Assembly (NCBI GenBank): GCA_000004985.1
Contig: GG738861.1
Reading direction: 5' to 3' (one strand)
DNA from: Naegleria gruberi
Taxonomy: Eukaryota
Length of the DNA stretch: 64,000 nucleotides
Shown: one piece after another, positions 46,393 to 58,068 of the stretch
Position numbering within the stretch: the stretch's first letter is position 1
Layout of the letters: each line of letters starts with the position of its first letter
The notes under the pieces: generated by a model
The model's input: the letters and a program-made list of their open reading frames with translations, nothing else
The model's database searches: none
What the model was told of the DNA's origin: nothing
Program-made: the position numbers and the translations under genes

Positions 46393-46826
46393 GTCTATAT
46401 TTAGAGTTGAAACTCTTTGTTCGCTAAAGAAAATATTCCAAAAATGCGGTTGTAGTTGTTGAGCGCAATTTATTGTTGCGTCGAGTTGTGTTGTTTTTTT
46501 TAACGATGAATTTTGTTTGTGTGTTGCGTGATTTAGCGTTGGAACTTGCTTTGCTTCCTCTGTATGTTGGAATTTGGACTTCCAGTAAAAACCAGAATCG
46601 ACTTCTTTTTCCCGAACAAGTCTGAAAAAACAAAAATATTTTTGGCGCGCTTATGGATGGTATTACCATCATAATATTGGATTGCAAAGATGTTCTTCAA
46701 AGGATTCTTCGGGTATGATGATATCAAATAAATTGAATATTGAATAGTAATTGGATTTATCTTGTTCAATTTACATAAGGCAATGTGTTTTTATAGTTTA
46801 CAAAAAATTAATACTTTACAATGCAA

Positions 46827-48209
46827 CTATTGCAGATCGTGTCGACATACAGGGCATGTATGCTTTCTTTCAAACCATTTTCCAATACACTCACTATGAA
46901 AGAAATGTTCACAAGGTAATGTTGTCGACCACTGTCCTCTACAAACATCGGTCTGACATATTGGACATTCCTCTCCTTCTATGAGTCTTGAGGTTGGCAA
47001 TTTATTCCAAATTTCTCTCTTCAGTGGCACGACAACATCCTCAAATGCTTCAAGGTTATGTTCATATGAATCAAAGTTATCTTGTCGTGGTTCTTCGTGT
47101 TGATTGGTGAAGGGTTGGAGAATGAGTTGATTTGCATGATGATGGTTTTGATGATGGTGTTGGAGAGGAAACAAGTTATGGTGATGATTGAGTGGTGGTG
47201 GATTGGCATCTTCAAGGAAGAGCTCTTCCTGTAATTTTCTGGCATATTCCTCATCGTCATGAATAGAATGATTCAAATTTTGTCGTTCTTGTACAATGGG
47301 TAATTTTGGTTGTCTTGATTGAGGAGGCAGTCTTGGTTGTCTTGTAACACTTTGTTGTACTGGAATATAGAGTTGTTGCTCTATTGGTGTTTGATTTACA
47401 AGAGCTGGTCTAAATACATTTCTTTGATTTTGTAAAACTTGATTAAATTGATCTCTATTTCCATACTCTAATGGATCGATTTCTCTGGAAATTTCTTGTT
47501 TTTTCTCAGTCTTCTTTTTGATTGGAACTACTCTTGGAGGAGAATTTTCCAAATATGTATCCTGTTTTAGTAAAACTGATTTTGATGCCAAATTGAGATT
47601 ATTTCTTTTTTCTGGAGTAGTAGTAGTATTAGAAAATAATGAAGTTGGTCTTATTGGATCTGTTGAGGAATATACCGAAACTGATTCACTACCTGGTTGT
47701 GTCGGTGGTCTATAAACAAATTTTTGTTGTGGACTAATTTGTGTCTGTGGCTGTGGCTGTGTCTGTTGTCCAAAAAGAAATTGTTGTGGTGGTTGGACAG
47801 TAGCATCTCTAATCACCTCTTTCTGTTTCTTACTCCTCTCCTTCAACTTTTTATTTTCATTACTCAATCGAGCATTCTCCTCTTGGAGTGTCTGAATTTC
47901 TCTTCTCAATCTCTCAATTTCTAACTGTTTTTCCTCTTTAATCAAACGAATTTCTCTTCATTGAAGTTACAATAAATTATTATTATCATTATTAAATGTT
48001 TATTATAAAATCACTCAAAAGTTAACTTACTCATCCCTTTCACTCAGATCAAATATTAATTGTTGGCATACGATGCAATCAATTCCATCGAGTGGATTGA
48101 ATTGTTGTTGTTGTTGTTGATCATTCCGAGGTTGTTGATGACGATTAAATTGATGAAACATTTTTTTGTGTTTTTTGTGTCTTGGAATTGGTGATTTTTT
48201 TATTCCCAA
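46827..48209 (-). CDS. RING-H2 zinc-finger protein (putative E3 ligase) with coiled-coil; 2 exons (48209..48031, 47955..46827)
   Basis: C-terminal ECPICQTDVCRGQWSTTLPCEHFFHSECIGKWFERKHTCPVCRHDLQ is a RING-H2. The upstream ORF joins in frame through a 75-nt GTAAGT...GAAG intron at 47956..48030. Confidence 0.6.
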
Positions 48210-48633
48210 GCCAAAAATAGGTTGGGAATTCTCAACAAGGGAATTTTAGCAAACAAAACAATAACATTATATATTGGTCACAAATTACAGCTAAATCATC
48301 CTTTTGAGGAACTGTGATGGATCTTTGAGGTAGTGGCTTTACAACCTCCATTCCCAAAAACTCATTAGAAATACTTTTTGGTATAGTGATTGTAAACTTG
48401 GCACAACAAGTTGTGAAAAGCTTCAGAAGTATTCCAACTTTCAACTATTGAAAATAATTGTTTGAATTTTCTCTATGGAGTGTGTACTTTCAAAATTTCA
48501 ATTAATATTGATGAGGGTGGACAAACGCGCTGAAGCAAATCGCTTATTAGCACAATTTCTGAATGCGGTCAAACTTTCGAATAAATTCTGAGGATCTAAG
48601 AGTGGGAATTTTTCAATTCAAAACACAAAAGAA

Positions 48634-49441
48634 AATGAGTAAAAAGTATAACATTGGTATTATTGGTGCAGGTAATATTGGATCTGCATTGGCCAAACAT
48701 TTGGTTGCTTTGGGTCATTCAGTTGTTATTGCAAATTCTCGTGGTCCTCAAACTTTGATCGAAGTTGAAAAGGAAACAGGAGCAAAGGCAGTTCAAATCT
48801 CTGAAACAATCAAAGACATTGTCATTGTAACCATTCCATTCAAAAATATTGAACAATTACCTAAAGATTTATTTAGAAATGCTCCAAAAGATTTGGTCAT
48901 TATTGATACTAATAATTATTATCCAGGATTTAGAGATGCTCCAATTGAATCGTTGGATAAACTTGAATTAACTCATAGTGAATGGGTTTCCAAAACAATT
49001 GGAAGATCAGTTGTTAAGGTTTTTAACAATATTTCAACCTACAGTTTGAAATTCAAGCCAACTCAAGATAAAAAACACAGAGTGGCTCTTCCAATTGCAG
49101 GAGATGATGAAAAGGCTAAGGCAATTGTCTTTGATTTGGTTGACCAAATTGGTTTTGATCCAGTTGATGCAGGTTCTTTGAAAGATTCTTGGAGACAACA
49201 TCCAGGAACTCCTTCCTATGGTTGTGACTATGGCAAGGAAGAATTGCAAGAAAAATTGAAACAAGCTGATCAATCTCTCTCACTTAAAAAACTTCAACAA
49301 GCTTTCGTTCTCTATGGACAAGCAGTTGAACAGTTCAATAAGGAGAAGGGAAAGGAGTGGACAATGGTAGAATATCTCTTACAAGGAGGAGAAGAGTTCA
49401 ATGATAAGTTTGTTGATATTCAACGTTCACTTTATCAATAA
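48634..49441 (+). CDS. NADP-dependent oxidoreductase of the coenzyme-F420-dependent/STEAP-N-terminal (COG2085-like) Rossmann family
   Basis: MSKKYNIGIIGAGNIGSALAKHLVALGHSVVIANSRGP dinucleotide-binding motif, ~270 aa. Listed ORF starts upstream at 48563 with a non-ATG codon. Confidence 0.55.
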
Positions 49442-49455
49442 ATATTCTATACGTG

Positions 49456-52062
49456 TTAGTGATACCAACATAAATTATCAATTCGTTGTTGCTTTTTACA
49501 CTTTTGCAAGTATATATAATTGAGAGAAATTCCAAGGCGAACCAACACACTTGGTGAAGCATAGTCATACATTGATTTTTGGTAGAGGACGTGTCGAATA
49601 CTTGATATGAGGTCAATATCATTTTTCAATTCATCTGAGGCATATTTAAGAGCTATAGGACAGATATCAAGTACTTTCTTGAAGAATTCACGATTTCCTT
49701 TGAGTCTTTCAGAAATAAATTGTAAATTTTGGAATTTTTCCTCAGCTGTAAGGAGTGACAATACGAAGTCTCCATCATCTCTGAAATGGGGTGGAACATG
49801 TTCGAGTACTTGGTTTGTTATTTCATTAGATCCAATAATTACGCTCTCCGTAATCTGATTTGCATCTAAATACTCTATGATGGGTATTAATCTACAAATA
49901 CCTTCCAAAAATGAAATATCTTGTTTAAGATTTTCTGGAAATTGAGTAAAATCAAGCATGTAACAGTCTCGTGTTTGGTAAATCAGATATATGGCGTTTG
50001 AAACATCATACTCAAAGACATGTATCCATTGTTGAGTTAAACTTGGAGGAAATTTGAATTCACAAGTTTGTACATTGGTTTCCTCTTCATGATAAGAATA
50101 CACCATTGAGAGAATTGGATAGGTAAATATGTCCTCAACATGGAAGTTCATTCGCTTCACTTCTTGCATGACAAATTCTCTATCCATTAACAACTGAGCA
50201 CCAGCAAAGTATAACGGCTCTCTTGTAATGTTACTTGTTTCAGACATGGTTTGGTAAATATCCAATTGTTCTTCCTTATTTTCTATAAGATGATAGTCAA
50301 ATATCTTGTGAGGAGCTTGGTTACATTCTATTAAAAGCTTCTTTACAAGTTTTGTATTTGCTCTCAATCGTGGGGATGCATAACGAAAGAGGTCAACTTC
50401 ACCATACTTGACAACTTTCTCAATAAACTCTTCATTGTCTCTTAAAGATTGAGGGAAAATTTGCAAGATTTTGCTCTTGGATTTGAGAGGGAGAGTTCTA
50501 TATAGTGCTGGTATGCAACCACTTGCTATTTGGAAATCCAATCTCACAGCCTCTGAGAAGTGTGGATAAATCTCTGCTTTCTGTTCGATGCAATGTCTAC
50601 ACAGTTCAAGACTATTTCTAATACATTCTGGTGCATGTTTGATATTCAAGTCTAAAACGAAAAATTTACGATAAAGTGAAATGTCAGATCTGATTTCTTC
50701 TCCAAATAAATCAAATATGTCGTTGTAGGGAGTCAACATTGAATCTGCAACTTCCTTTGAGTTTCTAATTTTGTCAGAGGCAAATCGTATTGCATTCTCA
50801 GCCCCATAAACTTTCGAATGAATTGCAATATTTACCACTTCAATGTTATTTCGAATATCTTCAGAAGCAAAGGCAAGGGCCTCAGGGAATTTGTCAACAA
50901 TTTGTGAAACCAGTTCTATATCATTCTTCCAATGATGAGGCATTAGTTGTAATAAACACCCTTCAATAGAGAGCATTTGTTTCAAAGTGTCAGTACTCAA
51001 TTTTTCGTAATGTTCTATTGGTACTACTGTTGGTGATATCAAATTGGCATCCACAAGTTTTTTCCAAAATTCAAAATCGAAAGCATCACAATATTTGAAA
51101 AGTTGAACTTGTAGACCATATCTCTTGATCCAATCAAACATGAAATCACAATCTTGGGTGAGAGTAGAATTCATTAGAAATTCCAATGATCCACATTCCA
51201 ATATAAATTCAGGATCATTACGCCAACCAAAAGGTACAATCTTCATAAATTGTGAAGTACCTTTCCCACTCTTCAATGCCTCAATAACGAATGCCTGTTC
51301 TGGCCATGTCTTTCTCAAAAAGAAAATAACCTTTGGATTAGATCTAATGGCCTCCAACACTATCTCTCTATAACTTGTAATACTTTTGCAAGTTGACTTA
51401 ATTCCATACTGATATGCTAACCAAGCTTCAGAATGTAGTGGAATAAAATTGATCAGCCTATTCGGATTCTTAAACAAACTAATCAGTCCTTGCTGTGGCT
51501 TATTAGAGAAATCACACTTGTACAATACATCTTTCAGTTTTGGATCTTTCTTCAAGCTCTCAATATTTAAAGTCATATTGATAACATCCAAGTCACCTCT
51601 CAACCTCTCTGAAGCATATCGAAAGGCACTCTGGTGATGTTTTACACATTCCATCACAAATTCCTTATCATCCTTCAATTCCTCACTCGCAAATTTCATC
51701 AACAATCCTCTCTCCTTCACAACAGCTAACATATGAAACCTATCATTTGGAAATGGAATTGGATTCTGTTTAATGTACTTGATCACATAGGTCCAATCAT
51801 TCCGATGCAAACTAACAAGTTGATACAAGTATTCATAATTTTGCAGAGTATTCATTCGGGTTGTATGGTACCTATTTTTCAGACCGTTTAAACATTTTAA
51901 TGAAAAAGATTGATCATTGCCATCATCGTCATCATTATCGGCACCATTCGATGATGAATAATGATGAAAGATACCATCTATGAGAATTATTTTGGTGCTC
52001 ATTTTTTTTTTGATTTTAAAACATTGAAATTCTTTATTGGGAATTTGTTTCCTTATTGGCAT
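49456..52062 (-). CDS. DUF4116-type repeat protein, 868 aa
   Basis: Repeated ~25-aa units FASEELKDDKEFVMECVKHH..AFRYASERLRGDLDV, FASEDIRNNIEVVNIAI, YASPRLRANTKLVKKLL and FISERLKGNREFFKKVL match the DUF4116 repeat consensus. Confidence 0.5.
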   Translation of the reverse strand: MPIRKQIPNKEFQCFKIKKKMSTKIILIDGIFHHYSSSNGADNDDDDGNDQSFSLKCLNGLKNRYHTTRMNTLQNYEYLYQLVSLHRNDWTYVIKYIKQNPIPFPNDRFHMLAVVKERGLLMKFASEELKDDKEFVMECVKHHQSAFRYASERLRGDLDVINMTLNIESLKKDPKLKDVLYKCDFSNKPQQGLISLFKNPNRLINFIPLHSEAWLAYQYGIKSTCKSITSYREIVLEAIRSNPKVIFFLRKTWPEQAFVIEALKSGKGTSQFMKIVPFGWRNDPEFILECGSLEFLMNSTLTQDCDFMFDWIKRYGLQVQLFKYCDAFDFEFWKKLVDANLISPTVVPIEHYEKLSTDTLKQMLSIEGCLLQLMPHHWKNDIELVSQIVDKFPEALAFASEDIRNNIEVVNIAIHSKVYGAENAIRFASDKIRNSKEVADSMLTPYNDIFDLFGEEIRSDISLYRKFFVLDLNIKHAPECIRNSLELCRHCIEQKAEIYPHFSEAVRLDFQIASGCIPALYRTLPLKSKSKILQIFPQSLRDNEEFIEKVVKYGEVDLFRYASPRLRANTKLVKKLLIECNQAPHKIFDYHLIENKEEQLDIYQTMSETSNITREPLYFAGAQLLMDREFVMQEVKRMNFHVEDIFTYPILSMVYSYHEEETNVQTCEFKFPPSLTQQWIHVFEYDVSNAIYLIYQTRDCYMLDFTQFPENLKQDISFLEGICRLIPIIEYLDANQITESVIIGSNEITNQVLEHVPPHFRDDGDFVLSLLTAEEKFQNLQFISERLKGNREFFKKVLDICPIALKYASDELKNDIDLISSIRHVLYQKSMYDYASPSVLVRLGISLNYIYLQKCKKQQRIDNLCWYH

Positions 52063-52296
52063 ACCAATTAGGATAAAAGGGAAAAGAAGTAATTAAGGTT
52101 TGAAGTTCTATAGTACTTGATGTTTACAAAAATCAATCAATTCCCTTGCTGGAATGTCTTGAGGATATTTCGATGAGAAATCTTGCAATTCAAAAACAGC
52201 CTCCTTGAACTGAGATCCACCAATCAAATCAACGGCCTTATTATACTGAATCCATTTTCCTTTCTTTTCCTTTGCTTCCAATTCGTACATCCATTC

Positions 52297-54673
52297 TTAA
52301 TGTGTGTGATATTTGTCCATAAAGTCAATTTCAAAAAAAACAATTGAAACAACCAACTTACCATCCATTGCCACATCATTTCTCTCTCCAATTTCATAAA
52401 CTGCAACATTATCCTTTCCAAACTTATCATATGAAATCCCAAACACAAAATTATTCTTATCAAAGGTGGCTAGCTCTGCATTTGCAATGAATCGATTCTG
52501 ATATTGCTTTTCAATTTCATCTCTCACACGTTTGGTGACCAGTATCGACACTTCATATCTTGAGGCCAAATCTGCCATACACTGAATATTTCCATTGATT
52601 GGTCCCATTATTGTGAAGGATTTGTAGTTTTTGGTACCAACATTTCCAGTCATGGATTTTTGGCTATCAATGGTGGTACTGAAAATAATGGTTCTGTTGC
52701 TCCATCGTTTCTTTAACTCTTCTGATTTCTTGATAAGAGTTTCGGCTGTTGAGAGGGCTTTCGAAATGTGTGAGGGACAATCTGAGGCTGAATTCCAAGA
52801 CATTGTAATGAATCCATTTTCAAAATTGCCGATTTGTCCCTTTGAAGTTTTGGTTGTTTGTTCCAATAGGGTGAAAACTTCAGACGAAATTTGAATGATT
52901 TCATTCGAATTTAGGTTTTCACACAGGTGAAACTTGAATCCAAGTATTGAAATATCTCTACATTCCAATCCAAGATCGAATTTTGAAATAGATTGAGTAT
53001 TCTTCAAGCTCATCATTGATTCTTCGGTTTTGGAAACTTGCCTTGAAGGTCTTGAACTTTTGGACATGAAGGAGGTTCGAGAGGCCAGTTCAGCATTTGA
53101 AGATTGTTGGTCATCATTGTGTTTTTCATTGGTTGGCAGGTTTTCTACACCCTTCTTATCTAATTCCTGTAAGAGATGAGGTGGAAGGAAAGCTCTGTAT
53201 AGTCTGAGTCTTTCCACTAAAAAGACGAAACTTGTTTGAATTGTAGAAACTTCAGAAAAGAATGAATTCTTAACATGAATAGAATCCAGATCCATATTCG
53301 CAACTGAAGCAAACATGACCACCAAATCATAGAATGGTTTGATTATCCTAACTGAGAATACAGCTCCAGAAATTCCTCCAATTGAAACAATGAAAACACT
53401 CAACAATAAAGCAACCACAATTGCAATTATCATTTGTCCAAGATAGAACCATTGAGGCACTGCCAAGATAAGCGTCCAATCCAAGTCTTGAGCAGTACAA
53501 ACTCTTACCAAGCTCACATAATTGGAATCCAATGGAAATGAAGCCATTTCATTACACGGAATACTAGTCAACTTGCCATATTTGTCATAGATACTATTGG
53601 ACACTTGCTTAATAGTTGGTTCTCCAAATTGACTACCTTTGTATCTATTATATTTGTATTGATTAATCTTTTCAAATACAGGAATATCAGGAAAGCTCGC
53701 TGCGAACTTTGTATTAGATTCCAAACTATTCCAACTTACTTGCAATAATATATTCAGTAGAAGTTTCCAACACAAATGCAACAGATCCAGTCAAATGTAC
53801 AATTGCCTCCTTCAAATAGGTAGAAAACGATTCCACACTCAAATCATACATAAACCAAGAGGCCAACTGTGTAGGATCTGTTGCATTTGGCACACTCGTC
53901 ACAATGGTCATGAAAACAATCGAATAACTGATATAACTTGGCACAAATGATGTTTTCCCCACTCGTGCACTTGCCCACTCAATTCCACTCAATCCATATC
54001 TCCTATCAATCTCATCTGGCTCACTATTTCTCACACAATATTCATTCTTGGCAAAGTCGTTACATTTCCATAGATAGGTTTCGTTTCTCGGATTGATTCC
54101 ATCCCACATGGAGAAGAAGAAAGTCTCCTCACCAACATAAATGCCAACACTATTCCTCTCGATATCTCCCATGTACATGGTCACTGCTACATCTGGTCTC
54201 AATTCTGATTCCAATTTGTATAATTGATAGGTCCAGTCAGAGACCAAATCGAAATTCCTAATGTCAAAGTTTCGTCTCATTAAATGGTTGACAGTTTGAG
54301 CCATTTGAACAATTTCATCGAGTGTTGTAAAAATGTGGGTCTGTAATTTTGTAAATTCGTGGTCTCTGTTTTGAGCAGTCAATTGGGAGAGACTCACTCC
54401 AAATGAGCTAGCCCATACAATGGTAATGATGGCAACAGAAACGAGAATGACAGTGCTGAGCATGAGGATGAGGCAAAATCTTACTGAACGATAGAAACCA
54501 TTTTTTTGTTGTTGGTGACTAGTTTCGTCCAGCAGAAATTGTTCTTGGTCTTCCTCTTGATGGGTCGAGTCCTTATCATTGGTTTTGTACTTTGAGGAAG
54601 AAATGGGAGCGACTCTTGTCATTTTGTTTTTTTTTTGAATTTTGTTATCTCCAGTTGTAGCGAATAAAGACAT
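52297..54673 (-). CDS. receptor-type class III nucleotidyl cyclase-like protein (N-terminal TM sensor region plus C-terminal cyclase-homology domain); 2+ exons (54673..53740, 53699..52297)
   Basis: A 40-nt GTAAGT...CGCAG intron (53700..53739) joins the two ORFs. The C-terminal region RDISILGFKF...GQIGNFENGFITM...IIFSTTIDSQKSMTGNVGTKNYKSFTIMGPINGNIQCMADLASRYEVSILVTKRV follows the class III cyclase fold pattern. The second metal-binding Asp appears replaced (GN instead of GD). Confidence 0.45.
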
Positions 54674-54933
54674 TAGTCAAGAAACATCACTCAATTAAAA
54701 TCAAGTTGACTTGTTGAGATTGGCATTTCTGGATGTCCATCATCATGTATAATTGTCTCCACCATACAATCTCTCAGCTATGAACATTCAAATATGTCAT
54801 TATTTCGATTACAAATCACAAATACGAATGTGATCTTGAGAAGGGTATTTTTTAATATTAAACATTTGCTTGTTTTATTTCTAAGCTAGCTATTTATTCG
54901 AATTGGAAAATAATTTTATATTCTAAATAAGAA

Positions 54934-56018
54934 TTACAAGGCAGGTTTGCCTGCCCATACATCCTTTCCAAATCCGCATTCATTATGTCCTCTTAGAATC
55001 CAGAAATATCCATCCAATCCCCAAGCTATCACAATAATGAACACTCACATGATGATAAACTCCCGACTTGTATGAGAACAGATCACGATAGACAGCAATG
55101 GCTACTTGCACAGAACCATGAGTTTTGATTTCAGTCATAATCTCAACCATGTTTTCTAATTTCTTAGCAGCTGCTGCTTTGTAAAATTTGGAAGTTTGTC
55201 CTGGAACTGTGCATTTGGAAGGACAATGGCCAACTGTACCATTTCCAGATGAATATGGAACACAAGAATCAGTTGGAATACCTACAGAGACGAGGAATTG
55301 CCATGCAGCATGTAAAGTACCTCCTTAATATTTTTGATTTTTACAGTTATTGGAATTTTGTAAAGAATATTGTAAAATATTTTTCAAACGTACCATTACA
55401 AGCATTATTTTGAGCACTACATTCAAGCATGTATTCAGGTGATAGCATTACTTGAACGCTACCATTGGAATAAACACAAAATCTATCAGAGAGTACAGCA
55501 CTTGCCTGATATAATATTAATTTTCAATGAAATTCACACAAAACTTACAGAAACTATTTGAAATTATCAATTTCAGAGTGAATTAAACTTACATGCCCAA
55601 CAACTACCACATTGTTCTTGATTTCTGATTGGGGTAATGCAATGTGGCCATTCTTTTCTAGCATCAAATTGTTCTGGTAAATTTCTCACTTTGGTCAACT
55701 CTGCCCTGACATTAAATTTACTACGAGTTGGTTCAGTAAAATTATGAACACCCAAATACTACAAGATTACATCCCACTCTATTAGAAAATTAAATAAAAT
55801 TAAATACCAACCTTTCTAAAATCGGATAATTTCATATTATCAAAGTGTGGATAAGAAGTTGCTCTCCAACCAACTCCAACTTGTGAATTTACTTGTTCAA
55901 CAAGTGCTCTGGTTTGGATCGGTTTATTCCAGAAATCTTTCTCTTCGGCGAAAAGAAATGTGACAGCCAAGAGAAGCAAGCAGATAACAAGGAAACTATT
56001 GTAGACGAAACCGTTCAT
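54934..56018 (-). CDS. cathepsin B-like papain-family cysteine protease; at least 5 exons with 39-70-nt introns (approximately 56018..55812, 55758..55593, micro-exon 55553..55549, 55505..55394, 55323..~55055, then terminal segment to 54934)
   Basis: Signal peptide [21 protein letters not shown]. Propeptide and mature start YLGVHNF...[14 protein letters not shown]...QCGSCWA. The next exon [38 protein letters not shown] and C-terminal [22 protein letters not shown] match cathepsin B. The region that should hold the His box is not recoverable in one frame. Confidence 0.65.
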
Positions 56019-57080
56019 TTTTTTTATCATATATGTGGTGGAAATGGAGAGATAGAGAGATGTAACATATCCATCGTGATAACTAATTATTTCTATGATA
56101 ATTCGAATAACAAAGCCAGGAATTGAAATAGAGTTCTTATCCTTGCACGTGATAACCATTCAATTATATACGAATAGTTTACAATAATCAAACTAATGGA
56201 CAATGATAAAAAAGATAGAAGGTTGTGTAAAACTTCCTGTGAACCAGCACACCTCTTCGATCTACTTTTCAATTCTTCAAGTCAATCAACAAATTTAACA
56301 CCTATTCCACAGATTAAAAACAAGTTGGTGTTGCTCTTTATCATAATGAAACCATTGGATAATATGAAGGAAAGGAAGAAGAAGAAGAATTTGTGTTTGT
56401 GACAAGGTTGGCAGCAACCCAATTCTGGGTTATCTTGTCAATGAAAGCAGTAAATATCCAATTATTTATGGAATAATAGCTGCCAACTGTCTATTATATG
56501 GATATTTCAAATTTTAAAGTTAAATATTCTGTAGATTTCTCATTCTTAAAGACATTTATGGAAAAACTTTGTCTTTCACCTCATAATTATCTTTCAGGAA
56601 CATTACACACTTCTTACTGAATGCCAATTCGATAGCTCACATTGGAGGTGCCTTATTTGGACTCTTATCAGCCTTCTCTTTGAAACAATGGGATAGAATT
56701 AAGGTTAGGAGAGTTGAGATGAAAACTCGATCAGGTTATGAAGTGTGTGAACGCAGAAACTTTAGAACGGAGGGTAGGTCAGTGGGAATTAGTTGGAATT
56801 CGTCTGCTTGTAATGGAGAAGGGAAAGCTTGTGGAAGGAGAAATTTATTAAACCAAGACTATCTATGCAAGAAGGGAAGAAACCAAGAAGGAGTAAACAT
56901 TAGTTTATTATAAAGGATAATACTAAATGTTGTCAACTTGACATGAGATTCTAATAAAAGAAGTGTCAGTGACTAGATGGTATTTTCGTCATCCTTTCAT
57001 GGATCGATTCACTGCCAACAGGAATCAAAAAGAAACTAACGGTCAACAGCAAAAAACCATTCGAAACAAAACTAAAAAAA

Positions 57081-58009
57081 ATGTTTTCAGAACTTTCGTC
57101 CGTAGGCAATATTGTCTCCAACAAAATGCACAAAAAGCAACCATCCTTCAAAGAGATTCTCTACTCATCCACAAGTCCTCTCTTCGATCAGGATGGTGAA
57201 GAAATTCGAAAGCTATTCGACAAGTTTATCAACTCAACCGAGGTGAAGCAATTTAAGAGTTTTTTGGAGAGAAATAAAAAGATTGGTGAAATCCAAGGTC
57301 AGTCCCACTCTCTCAAGTTTCTAAAACAAGTAAATTTGGAGAATTGCTTGTTGACAAGAAGAAACTGTAGAGAAAAGTTTAGTTTCGGCTTGATTGGTGA
57401 AAATTGTAGGGAGGGAAATCTTTTCCTGACGAGAATGAGTGGTAGCTTTGATGATGCAGTGAGGTTCGATAATCCTGTACAAGTGTCTATGAAATATATG
57501 GATATGCAGACTAATCTTTCATTTGTGTAAGTTGTTTCAATATTGGAAAGGTTTCTAATAATTACTTTTACAGAGATTTATCAATTCAGGCACCATGGAA
57601 TGACAAACTATCCCTCCTACACTCTCAATATTCATCATTGAACCTCCAGAATCATCATGGTATTGCTCTCCTTCTCATAGATACAGTTCACTTCAATCAA
57701 ACATTCATTCTTCAACAATTACAAGCCATCACACGTGATTTCCACACCACCACTCAATCCAAATCATCGATCATCCTCCTAGGAATCAACACTAAACAGA
57801 GACATGACATTCTCACTCAAACTATTCCACTCACTGGAAAGGAATCTCAAATTCCACTTTCTAGAGAACAAGGTGAAAAACTTGCAGAGAAAATTGGATG
57901 TTTCACCTATTTGGAAGCAGATATTGAATCAAAAGATGGATTGGAACACTTGAAACAATTGCTTTTCAAAACTTTTTTTATAATTGAGGAATTAAACAAA
58001 ACTCACTAA
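57081..58009 (+). CDS. P-loop-less paralogue of the 5473..6180 GTPase (pseudo-GTPase-like); 2 exons (57081..57526, 57574..58009)
   Basis: A 47-nt GTAAGT...TTTTACAG intron joins the ORFs. It aligns to the GTPase (GIALLLIDTVHF~ESILLIDSFGIL; IILLGINTKQRHD~VVAINKCDLFHH; YLEADIESKDGLEHL~IMETSAKTGKNIEEL), but G1 is KFSFGLIGENCREGN with no GK[ST]. Confidence 0.45.
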
Positions 58010-58068
58010 CAAAATTTTTATGTGATTTGTGTGGGATTTATCTCAATATCACTTGGATTTACAAAATT

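Noticed and set aside
56196-57199. Small ORFs 56196..56402, 56680..56913, 56963..57199 upstream of the pseudo-GTPase
   Set aside because: Short ORFs without start context or homology. 56963..57199 overlaps the 5' region of the 57081 gene in another frame.
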